From IMG/VR virus record IMGVR_UViG_3300009162_000006: 64,000 nucleotides of DNA; one strand, 5' to 3'. Made by a program: the position numbers and the translations under genes. This document shows, one piece after another, positions 1 to 8,519 of this stretch (within the stretch, counting starts at the first letter, position 1; every line of letters begins with the position of its first letter). Under the pieces are notes generated by a model. That model searched no databases. It was not told the DNA's origin and worked only from the letters and a program-made list of their open reading frames with translations. The stretch is from an uncultured virus (IMG/VR IMGVR_UViG_3300009162_000006) (taxonomy: Duplodnaviria > Heunggongvirae > Uroviricota > Caudoviricetes).

Positions 1-200
1 AACTTCGTGTCGGGGAGCAAGATGTCCGACCCGTTCGACACGGTCTGCACGGCGCTCCCCCTCGTCTCGATGAGGTCGAGCGTCCCCGCTGTCTGGAGGT
101 CGTCGAGAGTCTTCGACACGAGCTGGCGCCAGCGACCGAGCGGGCCGCTGATCGCTGCGACTCCCGCTGACCTCGTCAAGAATTCAAATATGCGTCCCAT
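1..200 (-). CDS. Partial CDS (runs off window): spike/fibre-like protein with the shared N-terminal 'GPLGRW' module
   Basis: Not in the ORF track. Translated by hand from ATG at 200: MGRIFEFLTRSAGVAAISGPLGRWRQLVSKTLDDLQTAGTLDLIETRG..., open to base 1. N-terminus matches those of 4959-5525, 53460-54044, 56946-58337 and 59306-59632. Confidence 0.75.
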   Translation of the reverse strand, partial: MGRIFEFLTRSAGVAAISGPLGRWRQLVSKTLDDLQTAGTLDLIETRGSAVQTVSNGSDILLPDTK

Positions 201-203
201 GAC

Positions 204-431
204 TCACCAGTTCTTTCGTTCCGCGACGAGGTCCCAAGTACCGCCCGTGCCGATCGTATTCGGCGTCCACCTCCACCAGACTTCGTAGATGTACGGTGGC
301 GCGATCGAGCAGAACGTCGGCCCGTCGAAGGTGCAGTTGGGCCCGATGAACGAGCGGACGTAGCCCTCGACGACGACTTGCCACATCGTCCCCATCCACT
401 GCTGCACGCGACGGTAGTAGAGTTGATCCAT
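204..431 (-). CDS. Hypothetical protein (Trp-rich, 75 aa)
   Basis: Fits the tightly packed minus-strand operon; protein-like composition. Confidence 0.6.
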   Translation of the reverse strand: MDQLYYRRVQQWMGTMWQVVVEGYVRSFIGPNCTFDGPTFCSIAPPYIYEVWWRWTPNTIGTGGTWDLVAERKNW

Positions 432-435
432 GGTC

Positions 436-849
436 TCAGTGGAGGATGATGATCGTGACGAGCGTGATGCCCGCGACGATCAGGAGTGCTCGCCCAACGC
501 GCGTCGCGCTGTCGTCTTGCGGCGCCGCAGACGAGGGCGGGATAGGTGCCGGCGGTTGAGGCAGGGGCGGTTGCACCGGTGGCGGTGGTAGAGGCGGCTG
601 CACCGCTGGCGGCGGGAGCGGCGCCGGTGGGGGAGGCAGGGGAAAAGGTATCGTGCTCGGCCAGCCCGGCGGCGGGGGCGGCGGCCAGGTCTGCCCCGTG
701 AGTTCCCAGCCCGGTGGCGCCGTCGTCGGCAGCGGTCCGACCGGAGGCCACGGCAGTCCCGTGGCGTCCCAGAACGGTGGCTTGGGCAAGTTCGTCCAGT
801 CCACGGGAGGGAGCTGACCGAGCGCGCCGTCGAGCCACCGCACGGTCAT
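436..849 (-). CDS. RWL-tagged, Pro/Trp-rich membrane-anchored protein
   Basis: Start MTVRWLDGALGQ at 849 (ATGA overlap with upstream stop), poly-Pro linker, C-terminal TM (ALLIVAGITLVTIIILH). Confidence 0.75.
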   Translation of the reverse strand: MTVRWLDGALGQLPPVDWTNLPKPPFWDATGLPWPPVGPLPTTAPPGWELTGQTWPPPPPPGWPSTIPFPLPPPPAPLPPPAVQPPLPPPPVQPPLPQPPAPIPPSSAAPQDDSATRVGRALLIVAGITLVTIIILH

Positions 850-1103
850 TTGACTACCGTGCGCGAGAGCCACTCGTCGTCGATGTGGTTCGTCTCGATG
901 AACGCGACGGCGCCCTCGAGCGCGCGCACCCACATCTTCGGGTCAGTGACCTTGCCGCTCGCCATCGCGAACTCGAACATGTTCACGATGACCGGCGCGA
1001 TGTGGTTGGCCACGACCGGCTCCGTCGCCGCGAGCGTCGTGAGCAGGTCCACGAGCGGGAGCAAGTTCGGCGGTACGGGGACAGGGACGCTGCTCATGAT
1101 CAA
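846..1103 (-). CDS. Hypothetical protein (85 aa)
   Basis: 4-nt overlaps with both neighbours. Confidence 0.6.
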   Translation of the reverse strand: MIMSSVPVPVPPNLLPLVDLLTTLAATEPVVANHIAPVIVNMFEFAMASGKVTDPKMWVRALEGAVAFIETNHIDDEWLSRTVVK

Positions 1104-1426
1104 GCCTTCTTCAACGTCACCCAGTAATTTTGTCCGCCGATGCTCACGAGCGCGTCGGCGGTGCCGGCTTGGTGAATGCCACTCTGCTGGTTCTGCACGA
1201 TCCTACCGAGCGCCACGCAGCCCGGCAACGCGAGGGCGCCGGAGAGCCCGCCCTGCGTGTTGAACGACCACTGGCAGGAGTCGGCCGAGTACGATGCCTG
1301 CGGAGGGTGCGAGAGGATCGGTATCGCTCGGTCGGTCGAAAATGCCTGCAGCGGTCGCGCCAGGGGAACGACGCCGAGCTGGCTGTTCCCAGGATTGTAT
1401 CCGCCCACGTGTTGCCACAGCTTCAT
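1100..1426 (-). CDS. Hypothetical structural protein (SQLG motif near N-terminus)
   Basis: Coupled to neighbours; MKLWQHVGGYNPGNSQLGV. Confidence 0.6.
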   Translation of the reverse strand: MKLWQHVGGYNPGNSQLGVVPLARPLQAFSTDRAIPILSHPPQASYSADSCQWSFNTQGGLSGALALPGCVALGRIVQNQQSGIHQAGTADALVSIGGQNYWVTLKKA

Positions 1427-1707
1427 CTCGGCTCGCTTTCAGGGTCGCATCGGACCCAGGCTTTGACTTCTTCCTTGAACCGCGCGTTCTCGGCCTTGCG
1501 CTCCGGGCACTTCTCATCCTGTCCGGCGCACTTCAGCGCGAGTCTAGCCTCGTGCGCGGCGACGATCTTCCCGAGGTCGGCCTGCGTGCACGGCGGCTGC
1601 GAGGTCGCGTCGCAGCCGATGAGGCAGCTGCAGGACGTCACGACGGTCGCCGCGACGAACGCGAGCCCCGCCGTCCAGAAGAATTCGCGGCCGTCCACGG
1701 TTTTCAT
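1423..1707 (-). CDS. Putative lipoprotein/secreted Cys-containing protein (possibly spanin-like)
   Basis: Start MKTVDGREFF at 1707; hydrophobic signal followed by LIGC lipobox-like site. Confidence 0.5.
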   Translation of the reverse strand: MKTVDGREFFWTAGLAFVAATVVTSCSCLIGCDATSQPPCTQADLGKIVAAHEARLALKCAGQDEKCPERKAENARFKEEVKAWVRCDPESEPR

Positions 1708-1720
1708 CCTACCACAAAGC

Positions 1721-1924
1721 TCATTCTTCGGGTTTTTTCGAGGGGATCCTGACTTGTCCCGTGACGCGGCGGGCACGCTCGAGTTCCCAGAGGGCGGACT
1801 TCAGCTGCGTCTCGAGGTCGGTGAGCTCGCGATCTTTCCACGGCTTTTCGCGACCCCACGTCTCGACGATGTCGAGGATGAATTGCTCGGCTCGGCGCAC
1901 GAGCTCCTCCTTGGAGTCACCCAT
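1721..1924 (-). CDS. Hypothetical protein (67 aa)
   Basis: MGDSKEELVRRAEQFILD...; start overlaps end of 1917-2714. Confidence 0.55.
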   Translation of the reverse strand: MGDSKEELVRRAEQFILDIVETWGREKPWKDRELTDLETQLKSALWELERARRVTGQVRIPSKKPEE

Positions 1925-2714
1925 CTTCTTCCTCGAGTTCGGACACTCCTCCGCCACCCTTGCGGAGTAAGAGCCAGACCGCGGCGGCAGCGCCGGCCGC
2001 ACCGACCGCGACCGGCAACCACTTCCGCCAGCCGCCCTCGAGCGCGCCCGCGCCGCCGAGCGAGCCCGACCAGAACGGAACGAGCGTCGCGTCGACGAAC
2101 TTGTTCTGGATCTTGCCCATCTCCCAGTGCGGGAGCTCCGTACCGCCCTTCGCGTCGACGAAGCGGTAGTAGAAGAGCGAGTCGCCGAGCTGGAAGACGC
2201 CGCCGCTCGGCTCAGGCATCGGGGCGCGCGCGGAGATCTTCTGCGGGCTCTTGCCGCTCGCCTCGATCGCGGGTTGCCACACATATTTGCGCCAGTCGTT
2301 GTCGCCGCCCGTGTTGCTGGTCGCCGTCGCGAGCAGTAGCCTGCCGAACGAGGCGTCGATGGCGGCCTTCACGTAGCCGGTCTTCCCAGCGCCGAACGTC
2401 GAGTCGACGAGCAGGACCGCGCTCACGTCCTTGCGGTCGCTGTCGACGTTCAGGAGCGGGTTCATGAAGCCGTGGCCGGCGCTGAAGCTCACGAACGCGA
2501 CGCGCCCGTTGATGCCGTACTTCTTCCGGAGCGTGGGCATCACGCCGGCCTTGCCACCGAGCGCGGACCACATCTGGCTGTATGCCGTCGAGCAGTATTT
2601 GTCGTCGCCGCCGCACGCGAAGCCCATCGACACGGGGTCGAGCCCGACGAGCTTCACGTCCTTGCCGAGCGAGGCTCGCTGCGGGGTCGCTTTGAGAAAG
2701 AATACGCCGTCCAT
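1917..2714 (-). CDS. Alpha/beta-hydrolase-fold protein with C-terminal TM anchor
   Basis: Nucleophile-elbow-like VAFVSFSAG, then VLLVDS and a late His (LPHW); C-terminal LPVAVGAAGAAAAVWLLL; paralogous to 52330-53118. Confidence 0.6.
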   Translation of the reverse strand: MDGVFFLKATPQRASLGKDVKLVGLDPVSMGFACGGDDKYCSTAYSQMWSALGGKAGVMPTLRKKYGINGRVAFVSFSAGHGFMNPLLNVDSDRKDVSAVLLVDSTFGAGKTGYVKAAIDASFGRLLLATATSNTGGDNDWRKYVWQPAIEASGKSPQKISARAPMPEPSGGVFQLGDSLFYYRFVDAKGGTELPHWEMGKIQNKFVDATLVPFWSGSLGGAGALEGGWRKWLPVAVGAAGAAAAVWLLLRKGGGGVSELEEEDG

Positions 2715-2957
2715 TTACGTCCGCTCCCACCAGGACTCGGAGTAGCACTCCCACCAGGACTCGGAGTAGCACCGAATGCCGTGCCACGTCCTCTTGCGAG
2801 CGGTGCCGCAGCCCCGGAAGAAGCTGTCGGTCTTGCGGTGCGAGCTCGCGACGTGCTCCGCCTCAGCCTGCGTCTTGCCGAAGAAGGTGTGCTCGACCGT
2901 GGGCACGGACCGACCGTCTTCGTCGATCTCGTACGTGAGGACGTGGAGCTCCCACAT
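2715..2957 (-). CDS. Hypothetical protein ending in duplicated CYSESWWE
   Basis: Start MWELHVLTYE at 2957 (TGATG overlap). Confidence 0.65.
   Translation of the reverse strand: MWELHVLTYEIDEDGRSVPTVEHTFFGKTQAEAEHVASSHRKTDSFFRGCGTARKRTWHGIRCYSESWWECYSESWWERT
2724..2772. repeat. Perfect 24-bp tandem duplication
   Basis: ctcccaccaggactcggagtagca twice (2724-2747, 2748-2771). Confidence 0.95.
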
Positions 2958-3220
2958 CAGCCCCTGCTGCGTTTCGGGTCGCGCGAGCGCGGGTACGTGC
3001 GCTCTTCCTTGATCTTGCCGTCGTGACCGTGGATGCGCACCGACGCCCCGCCGAGCCCCATGGCGACCTTCTTGGCGAACTCGATTGCGTGCGGCTTTTT
3101 CTCGCGGTGGGACGTGCCGTCGAAGTACTTTGCGCCGCCACCAGGCCACGTCACGAGCCAGCCGTAGCGACGCCCGACGGAGAGCACGCGGACGTTGGCG
3201 AGTTTTTCTTTCTTCTTCAT
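2957..3220 (-). CDS. DUF2188-like small basic protein
   Basis: AIEFAKKVA...VRIHGHDGKIKEERTY...DP...G resembles the DUF2188 C-terminal signature; start MKKKEK at 3220. Confidence 0.65.
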   Translation of the reverse strand: MKKKEKLANVRVLSVGRRYGWLVTWPGGGAKYFDGTSHREKKPHAIEFAKKVAMGLGGASVRIHGHDGKIKEERTYPRSRDPKRSRG

Positions 3221-3819
3221 TTTTTGAACGCCGCGTAAGCGATGACCGCGCCCGCGAGCACGATCGTTCCAATTCCTAAGAGATTGTAGCCGCGCTCGCC
3301 CGAGCCCGTCGAGGCGAAGGCTTTTTTCAAGTAATCCTCGCGGATCTTGACGCACTGGTCGTGCGTGACTCCGGACGGGCAGACGCTCGTGGGCACCGCC
3401 TGCGCCTTGTCGAATCCGTAGTGAAAATGTCCCGCATCCCCACACGCGCCGAACTGCTTCCACCGTCCGCCCCATATGCCGCCCTGCTTCTCCCACCACT
3501 CGCCGAGCTTCGTGTACGACGCGCAGGTGTTCGGCACGAGGTCGATGTCCGCGGCGTGACCGAGCACGTGCATCGAGCGGCAGAAGTCAGCCTGGCTGTA
3601 GCCGAGGTCGACCTGCTCCTGCTGAGCCGCGCACGTGCGACCGACGGAGCGCACCTTCGGCGAGAGACCGAGCGCCTTCGCCTGCGCCATGAGCGCGTTG
3701 AACTTCGGCCGCACTTCCGGCACGAGGTCGTCGAGCGTGCCCGTCGGTTGGTAGAGCTCGACGACCGCGTCGAGCCAACGCACCGGGCGAGCTGGACCCT
3801 CGAGCCAGCGGATCATCAT
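3217..3819 (-). CDS. M15-family peptidoglycan peptidase, RWL-tagged, C-terminal TM
   Basis: RT..QQ, SMHVLGHAADI, WGGRW, DAGHF motifs; N-terminal IRWLE...VRWLD; TM LLGIGTIVLAGAVIAYAAF. Confidence 0.8.
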   Translation of the reverse strand: MMIRWLEGPARPVRWLDAVVELYQPTGTLDDLVPEVRPKFNALMAQAKALGLSPKVRSVGRTCAAQQEQVDLGYSQADFCRSMHVLGHAADIDLVPNTCASYTKLGEWWEKQGGIWGGRWKQFGACGDAGHFHYGFDKAQAVPTSVCPSGVTHDQCVKIREDYLKKAFASTGSGERGYNLLGIGTIVLAGAVIAYAAFKK

Positions 3820-3834
3820 TTCGACATCATCCTC

Positions 3835-4167
3835 TCATTGCGGCGGGTGCCACGTTCCGTCTTGATCTTGATACGCACCCTTCTTTTGCAGGTAACCGTA
3901 AAAAGAACTGAGAGCCAAGTCTCTCATCGACAAACCACCGTCCGGGTGTTCTCTCGAAGCGGCCATGCCACCTTCTTCGTAAACGGTATCGGTGACGTTG
4001 TCGCCGTAGGAACCGACGGCGTGGTCGAACGATTCGTAGTCTCGACGGTTGTGCACGCCCTGATCCAAACATTCGGAGGCGTTCGCTTCTCCTATCTCAA
4101 TAGCTCTTCGGCGCGATAGCTTCTTCGCGGGATTCTCGCGTCCGCCGAAGATGCTCGTCCACGACAT
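3835..4167 (-). CDS. Hypothetical protein with N-terminal SWTSIFG + ENP tags
   Basis: MSWTSIFGGRENPAKK; GAGGTG SD upstream. Confidence 0.7.
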   Translation of the reverse strand: MSWTSIFGGRENPAKKLSRRRAIEIGEANASECLDQGVHNRRDYESFDHAVGSYGDNVTDTVYEEGGMAASREHPDGGLSMRDLALSSFYGYLQKKGAYQDQDGTWHPPQ

Positions 4168-4170
4168 GGT

Positions 4171-4194
4171 TCACCTCTCGAGCCAGCGGCTCAT
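4171..4194 (-). other. Micro-ORF MSRWLER* (tag-only peptide), in frame with 3835-4167
   Basis: ATG AGC CGC TGG CTC GAG AGG TGA; ATGA overlap with the stop of 4191-4949. Confidence 0.55.
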
Positions 4195-4949
4195 GCGTCG
4201 CGTTGCAGCCCTCTAGCGTATGAGTACGCTTCTTTGTAACCGAGCGCTGTGTAGATGCCGTTGTCGGGGCCGAAGTAGCTGTTGCCTGGTTTGTCGAAGA
4301 AGCGGTATCGCGTGACGCCGTCTCCTGGTGAATACGTTGCGACGTAATAACCCGGAGGCAGCTCGTCCTTGAGCTCATCAAGTTTCGTTCGTTTGCGTCG
4401 AGGATTCGCCGCCAAACCCCCACCGAACACGACGAACGCCGCGATCGCTGCGGCAGCGAGGACGCCGACGACGATGAGCCCGGTGTTCGACTTCTTCTCA
4501 GGCGTCGTCGTGGTCGACGGCGTTGAGGGGGCGAGGTTGTGCGGCCCGATGGGGAAGTTCTGACTTGGCGGAGCGAGCCCGCAACCGAGCTTGCAAGTCG
4601 TGCGGAGTTGCTCGTTCGGCGCCGTGCCCGTGGGCCCGAACTGGGCGTCGCAGATATCGGGGCAGCTGACCGAGCCGGAGACGGTGGAGGGCGGCACGGG
4701 CCACGGGAAGTTCGAGGGCCAGCCCGCGGGCGGCGGAGGCGGCCAGTTCGGCAGACTCGCGCTCGCGTTGGTCCACCACGGCGGCGGGATCGGCGCCCAC
4801 GCCTCACCGATCGGCGGGTACTGCAGGCCGGAGGGCCACCAGTCCGGCTGCGGCGGCGGGTACGGCACGCCCGCTGGCCAGCCGATCGGGATAGCCGTGA
4901 GCGGCGTCAAGAACGGGACGATGGGTTGACCTAGCCAGCGGACGGACAT
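4191..4949 (-). CDS. RWL-tagged Pro/Trp/Cys-rich membrane protein with post-TM NP motif and soluble cargo domain
   Basis: MSVRWLGQ; WPPPPPAGWPS (also in 436-849); CxxxC pair; TM; then LAANPRRKR and a ~60-aa domain. Confidence 0.75.
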   Translation of the reverse strand: MSVRWLGQPIVPFLTPLTAIPIGWPAGVPYPPPQPDWWPSGLQYPPIGEAWAPIPPPWWTNASASLPNWPPPPPAGWPSNFPWPVPPSTVSGSVSCPDICDAQFGPTGTAPNEQLRTTCKLGCGLAPPSQNFPIGPHNLAPSTPSTTTTPEKKSNTGLIVVGVLAAAAIAAFVVFGGGLAANPRRKRTKLDELKDELPPGYYVATYSPGDGVTRYRFFDKPGNSYFGPDNGIYTALGYKEAYSYARGLQRDA

Positions 4950-4958
4950 GATCTTCTC

Positions 4959-5525
4959 CTAGGCGATCTGCTTGATCGTGAGCCAAAAATGGCTGGCGAC
5001 CGTTTGCGCCGTTCCACCGCCACCAGAGACGCAGCGGACCTTGACGTTCTGATTCGTGCTCGGCGTGTAGATGAGCTCGAGTGATTCGGACGGGGCGGCG
5101 TTAGCCGTGTCGCTCACCGGGATCCACGTGCCAGCGACGCTCAACGTGAGCGGCGTGTTCGTCCCGGCGTCCACCCACGCCAGGTCGAAGAACGGTGGCG
5201 CACCGCCGACGAAGCTCACGATATAGCCCTCGACGGTCATCGAGTACGTGCGCCCGGCCGTGAGCGTGGCGACGCCGGTCGCGGTGTTGTAGGCGATGCC
5301 CTGCTGCGCGACGATCGTATTGGGGATGACGTCGGTGTTGAGCTGCACGAGCCCGTTCGCACCGACCTGCGCGGCCTGCAAATACTGGGCACCTGCGAGT
5401 CCGAGCGCTCCCGCACCGAGCAATGAGTCGACGGCCTTTGTGATCTCTTGCGCCCAGCGACCGAAGCGCCCGGTGAGCTGCTTTTCTGAGCCAGCGGCGG
5501 TCAATCTTTCAAGTAGCTTGCCCAT
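4959..5525 (-). CDS. Spike/fibre-like beta-rich protein with shared N-terminal module
   Basis: MGKLLERLTAAGSEKQLTGRFGRWAQEITKAVD followed by a beta-strand-rich domain; paralogous to 53460-54044. Confidence 0.6.
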   Translation of the reverse strand: MGKLLERLTAAGSEKQLTGRFGRWAQEITKAVDSLLGAGALGLAGAQYLQAAQVGANGLVQLNTDVIPNTIVAQQGIAYNTATGVATLTAGRTYSMTVEGYIVSFVGGAPPFFDLAWVDAGTNTPLTLSVAGTWIPVSDTANAAPSESLELIYTPSTNQNVKVRCVSGGGGTAQTVASHFWLTIKQIA

Positions 5526-5528
5526 GGA

Positions 5529-7304
5529 TCAACCTCCACTCGGGAGCGGCAGCGGACCCTCGTCCTCGCAGTAGATCTGTGACAGGCGCTTGATCGCCTC
5601 GCGCTTCTTGCCGCGCACCTCGTTCACGTGCACCTCCCACGATGGGATAGCGTTGCCGTGCTCGAGTGTCGTGTGGCTGACCATGATCATGTCAGCTTCG
5701 GCTTTCTGGATGACCTCGTCGTCGGGTTCGCTCGGGTCCCAGTCGACGCCGAGCTCCTCGGCCGCGTTCTTGTAATCCTCTTCGCCGACCGTGCTGAGCA
5801 GCCCCGGCGTATTGTCGTCGACCCACTCGAGCATCTCTTCCTCGGCGCTCTCGTAGCTGTCGGCCCACACGTAGACGTGCGTGTCGCCATACGCGCCGAG
5901 CGACCAGTAGAAGAGCGTTTGACGGTCGCCGTAGAGCAGGCCCGGAGCGTCGCACGGGTTCGCGATGGGCGCCTCTTCGGGATTCGCCGCCGCGCGCCGT
6001 CGTTCGGGTCCCCGTGAATATAATTTTCTCAGTCGTGGGCGAGAACGTCGAGGAACTCTTCGACGCCTCGGATTTGATTTCGCCGTCGGCGTCCCGCCGC
6101 TCACGGTCGCCGCGAAGATCGCGACGGCGGCGAGGACGATCGCTCCGCCGATGAGCAGGCCCACACCGCTCGACGTGCCCGTGCTCGACGCGGTCGTTGG
6201 CGCTGGGATCGGTGGCGGCGCGGGCGGGAGCGGGCCCGTCGCGGGCGGCTGCACGCAGCCCTGCGTCGGCTCGTCCCAGATCATGCCCGGGGGACAAGTC
6301 TTGTTGCCTGATCCCGGCCCCCCGCTGGGCGTCCCGCCACCGGGAGGCTTAGCCCCGAGCGCGCACTGGTTCAGGCACGCTTGCATCTGATCCTGAGTCG
6401 GGGCACCGATCGCGGTCGAGAAACACGCCTCGATGCACGTCGGCAGACCCGAGCCTGACTTCGTCGCCCACGTATCGAGCGCCGCGAGGTGCTGCTCCGT
6501 GAGGTCGGAGTCCTGCACGCCGTGGAAGTAAGTCGGCGGCGGCAGAGTGAGCTGCCCCCAGTTCATGAGCGGCGGGTTCGCCGTGTTGTTCCACCAGATG
6601 ACGAAGCTCCCGAGCATGCGGCGGTCCCGGTACGTCCAGTTCTCCTGCAGGATGTCGTCGAGGTTCGGGTAACCGGCCATGATGTAGTTCTGGCTCTTGT
6701 TCCACGCCGCGAGCACCGTGCGCGCGTGGACGTTCTTCGGCCGACCGAGGTCGCCGAGCGTGCCGAGCCAACGGACACCGGTGACAGTCGTAGGAGCGTC
6801 TTCCAAACCAGATACGGAAGCCGGGCCGAACTGCCACTTGTTGTATTTCGAATCCCAGTAGACGGCCTGTCCCGGACCAGTCGGACTGCTGTGCAAAAAG
6901 ATCTCAGCGATGAATTGTGTTCCGACACCGCTAGTGGTCGCATTTTCGCAATGCTGTCGGATGCACCATTGTCCTGCAGAACACGATTGCAAAATCGCGT
7001 TAATCTCTTGAACAGGACACAAATTTCCCAGGACTTTGTAGATGTAGTCCCTCACCTCATAGGCGTTCATGAATCGAGGAAATTGTGGGTCCGGAAGCCC
7101 CAACGGAATGGGAACAGGGGGAAGGTTGCTCCCAAGAGATTTTTTACTGAAAAAGATCGAGAACCAACGCTTGACCGCCTTGGGATCGACGTTCGGTCCT
7201 GTTGGGCGATAAGAAACAGCGGACGTCGGGATGATCGGCTGAAACGCTCGAAACTGCCCTACTTGCCCGCCCTGTTCCTCTTCATCGATCCACCGCACGG
7301 TCAT
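5529..7304 (-). CDS. Multidomain RWL-tagged membrane protein with post-TM NP/Arg motifs and acidic cargo domain
   Basis: MTVRWIDEEEQGGQVGQ; internal VRWLGTLGDLG; Cys-rich; TM; SNPRRRR...ANPEE...ANPC and an acidic domain. Confidence 0.75.
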   Translation of the reverse strand: MTVRWIDEEEQGGQVGQFRAFQPIIPTSAVSYRPTGPNVDPKAVKRWFSIFFSKKSLGSNLPPVPIPLGLPDPQFPRFMNAYEVRDYIYKVLGNLCPVQEINAILQSCSAGQWCIRQHCENATTSGVGTQFIAEIFLHSSPTGPGQAVYWDSKYNKWQFGPASVSGLEDAPTTVTGVRWLGTLGDLGRPKNVHARTVLAAWNKSQNYIMAGYPNLDDILQENWTYRDRRMLGSFVIWWNNTANPPLMNWGQLTLPPPTYFHGVQDSDLTEQHLAALDTWATKSGSGLPTCIEACFSTAIGAPTQDQMQACLNQCALGAKPPGGGTPSGGPGSGNKTCPPGMIWDEPTQGCVQPPATGPLPPAPPPIPAPTTASSTGTSSGVGLLIGGAIVLAAVAIFAATVSGGTPTAKSNPRRRRVPRRSRPRLRKLYSRGPERRRAAANPEEAPIANPCDAPGLLYGDRQTLFYWSLGAYGDTHVYVWADSYESAEEEMLEWVDDNTPGLLSTVGEEDYKNAAEELGVDWDPSEPDDEVIQKAEADMIMVSHTTLEHGNAIPSWEVHVNEVRGKKREAIKRLSQIYCEDEGPLPLPSGG

Positions 7305-7582
7305 GTCGCGCTCTCTTTCTGCTTCTCGTACAGGGCCCAGAGTAACACGAACGCCTCGATGCCGACCGAGCCCGCAACGCTGTATTTCAAAAGCTGCTTG
7401 GGCGCGTGCATGCCGACGGCGTACATCGCGAGCGCGATGAGTCCGGCGCGCACCGTCGAGTGGAAGAGGACTTTGGGAAGAGCACTCGCGTCACCGTGGA
7501 CGAGATCGGTCGCGCTCTCGCCCGACGGCAGGGCGTCGAGCCAGCGCACGGGCTCTGCGGGAGCGTCGAGCCAGCGAATCAA
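7301..7582 (-). CDS. RWL-tagged two-TM membrane protein
   Basis: TTG start (TTGA overlap): (M)IRWLDAPAEPVRWLDAL; two hydrophobic helices. Confidence 0.7.
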   Translation of the reverse strand: MIRWLDAPAEPVRWLDALPSGESATDLVHGDASALPKVLFHSTVRAGLIALAMYAVGMHAPKQLLKYSVAGSVGIEAFVLLWALYEKQKESAT

Positions 7583-7905
7583 ACGAGTGCCCTCCCGACG
7601 ATGAGGCCAAGGACGAGCGCGACGGCGCCGACGATCAGCACGGTCGTGTTCCCCTCTTCGGCAGCTCCTGCAGTGGGCGCCTGGCAGTACGGCATCTTCT
7701 TGACCTCGGCGTCGAGCTGCTTGTAGACGGGGTCGTTTGCGTCCGTCGTCCAGAGCTCCTTCAGCCGCGCGCAGTTCGGGTAAGCGCTGACGACGCCCTT
7801 GTCGATGCAGTCGTCGAACGCCTTCGAGTAGCACGGCGGGAAGTACGAGCGCGCTTCTGTGAAACGCTGCTCGTCGGTGAGCGGGGCCTCGAGCCATCGA
7901 ATCAT
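7579..7905 (-). CDS. RWL-tagged Cys-rich protein with C-terminal TM
   Basis: MIRWLEAP; 4 Cys; VLIVGAVALVLGLIVG. Confidence 0.75.
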   Translation of the reverse strand: MIRWLEAPLTDEQRFTEARSYFPPCYSKAFDDCIDKGVVSAYPNCARLKELWTTDANDPVYKQLDAEVKKMPYCQAPTAGAAEEGNTTVLIVGAVALVLGLIVGRALV

Positions 7906-8510
7906 TTGAAACCTCCCGTGAGCGCGTACGCCGCGGCGGCAGCTATCGCCAAACCGACGAGGACGAGTCCCCCGCCAGTCGCGGCTTTCGCGACCGTCGG
8001 CGTGGAGCTGCTACCTGGAGTCGTCGAGCTCCCGCCACCGGACGGCGAGGTCTTCCCGCCGGTCGACGACGATGCCCTGACTGCCTGAACGAGACCACAC
8101 TTCTTGACGCAGTCCCTCACGGCGAGCTTGAGCTGCTCCTCGTCAGTGCCGAACTCCGGCTGCGGGTATGCGTTCATGCACGCCTTGAAGCACGGTGACA
8201 TCACCGCGCCCGCTTTCTGCATCTCCTTCTTCGACGCGAGCGGGTTGCAGGGGAGACCTGTCGGGGGGAGCTTGCACGGCGGCAAGATGCCCTGCCCGCA
8301 CATCTCGATCATGCACTGGTTCTGGCAAGGAGTGATGAGGATCGCGCCGTAGCCGGTCACGCCTGTGGCGAAGCAGAGGGCGTTGCAAGCGTCTTGGTTG
8401 TAGACGTTTGCCAGACACGCTGACGAAGTCGACTCACTGAACAGACCGAGTTGACCGCTCGGCTCACCTAGCCAGCGTACGGTCGTCTGTTCTTCGAGCC
8501 ATCGGATCAT
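7902..8510 (-). CDS. RWL-tagged Cys-rich protein with C-terminal TM
   Basis: MIRWLEEQTTVRWLGEPSGQLG; several CxxxC; S/T linker; TM. Confidence 0.75.
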   Translation of the reverse strand: MIRWLEEQTTVRWLGEPSGQLGLFSESTSSACLANVYNQDACNALCFATGVTGYGAILITPCQNQCMIEMCGQGILPPCKLPPTGLPCNPLASKKEMQKAGAVMSPCFKACMNAYPQPEFGTDEEQLKLAVRDCVKKCGLVQAVRASSSTGGKTSPSGGGSSTTPGSSSTPTVAKAATGGGLVLVGLAIAAAAAYALTGGFK

Positions 8511-8519
8511 CAGCCATCT

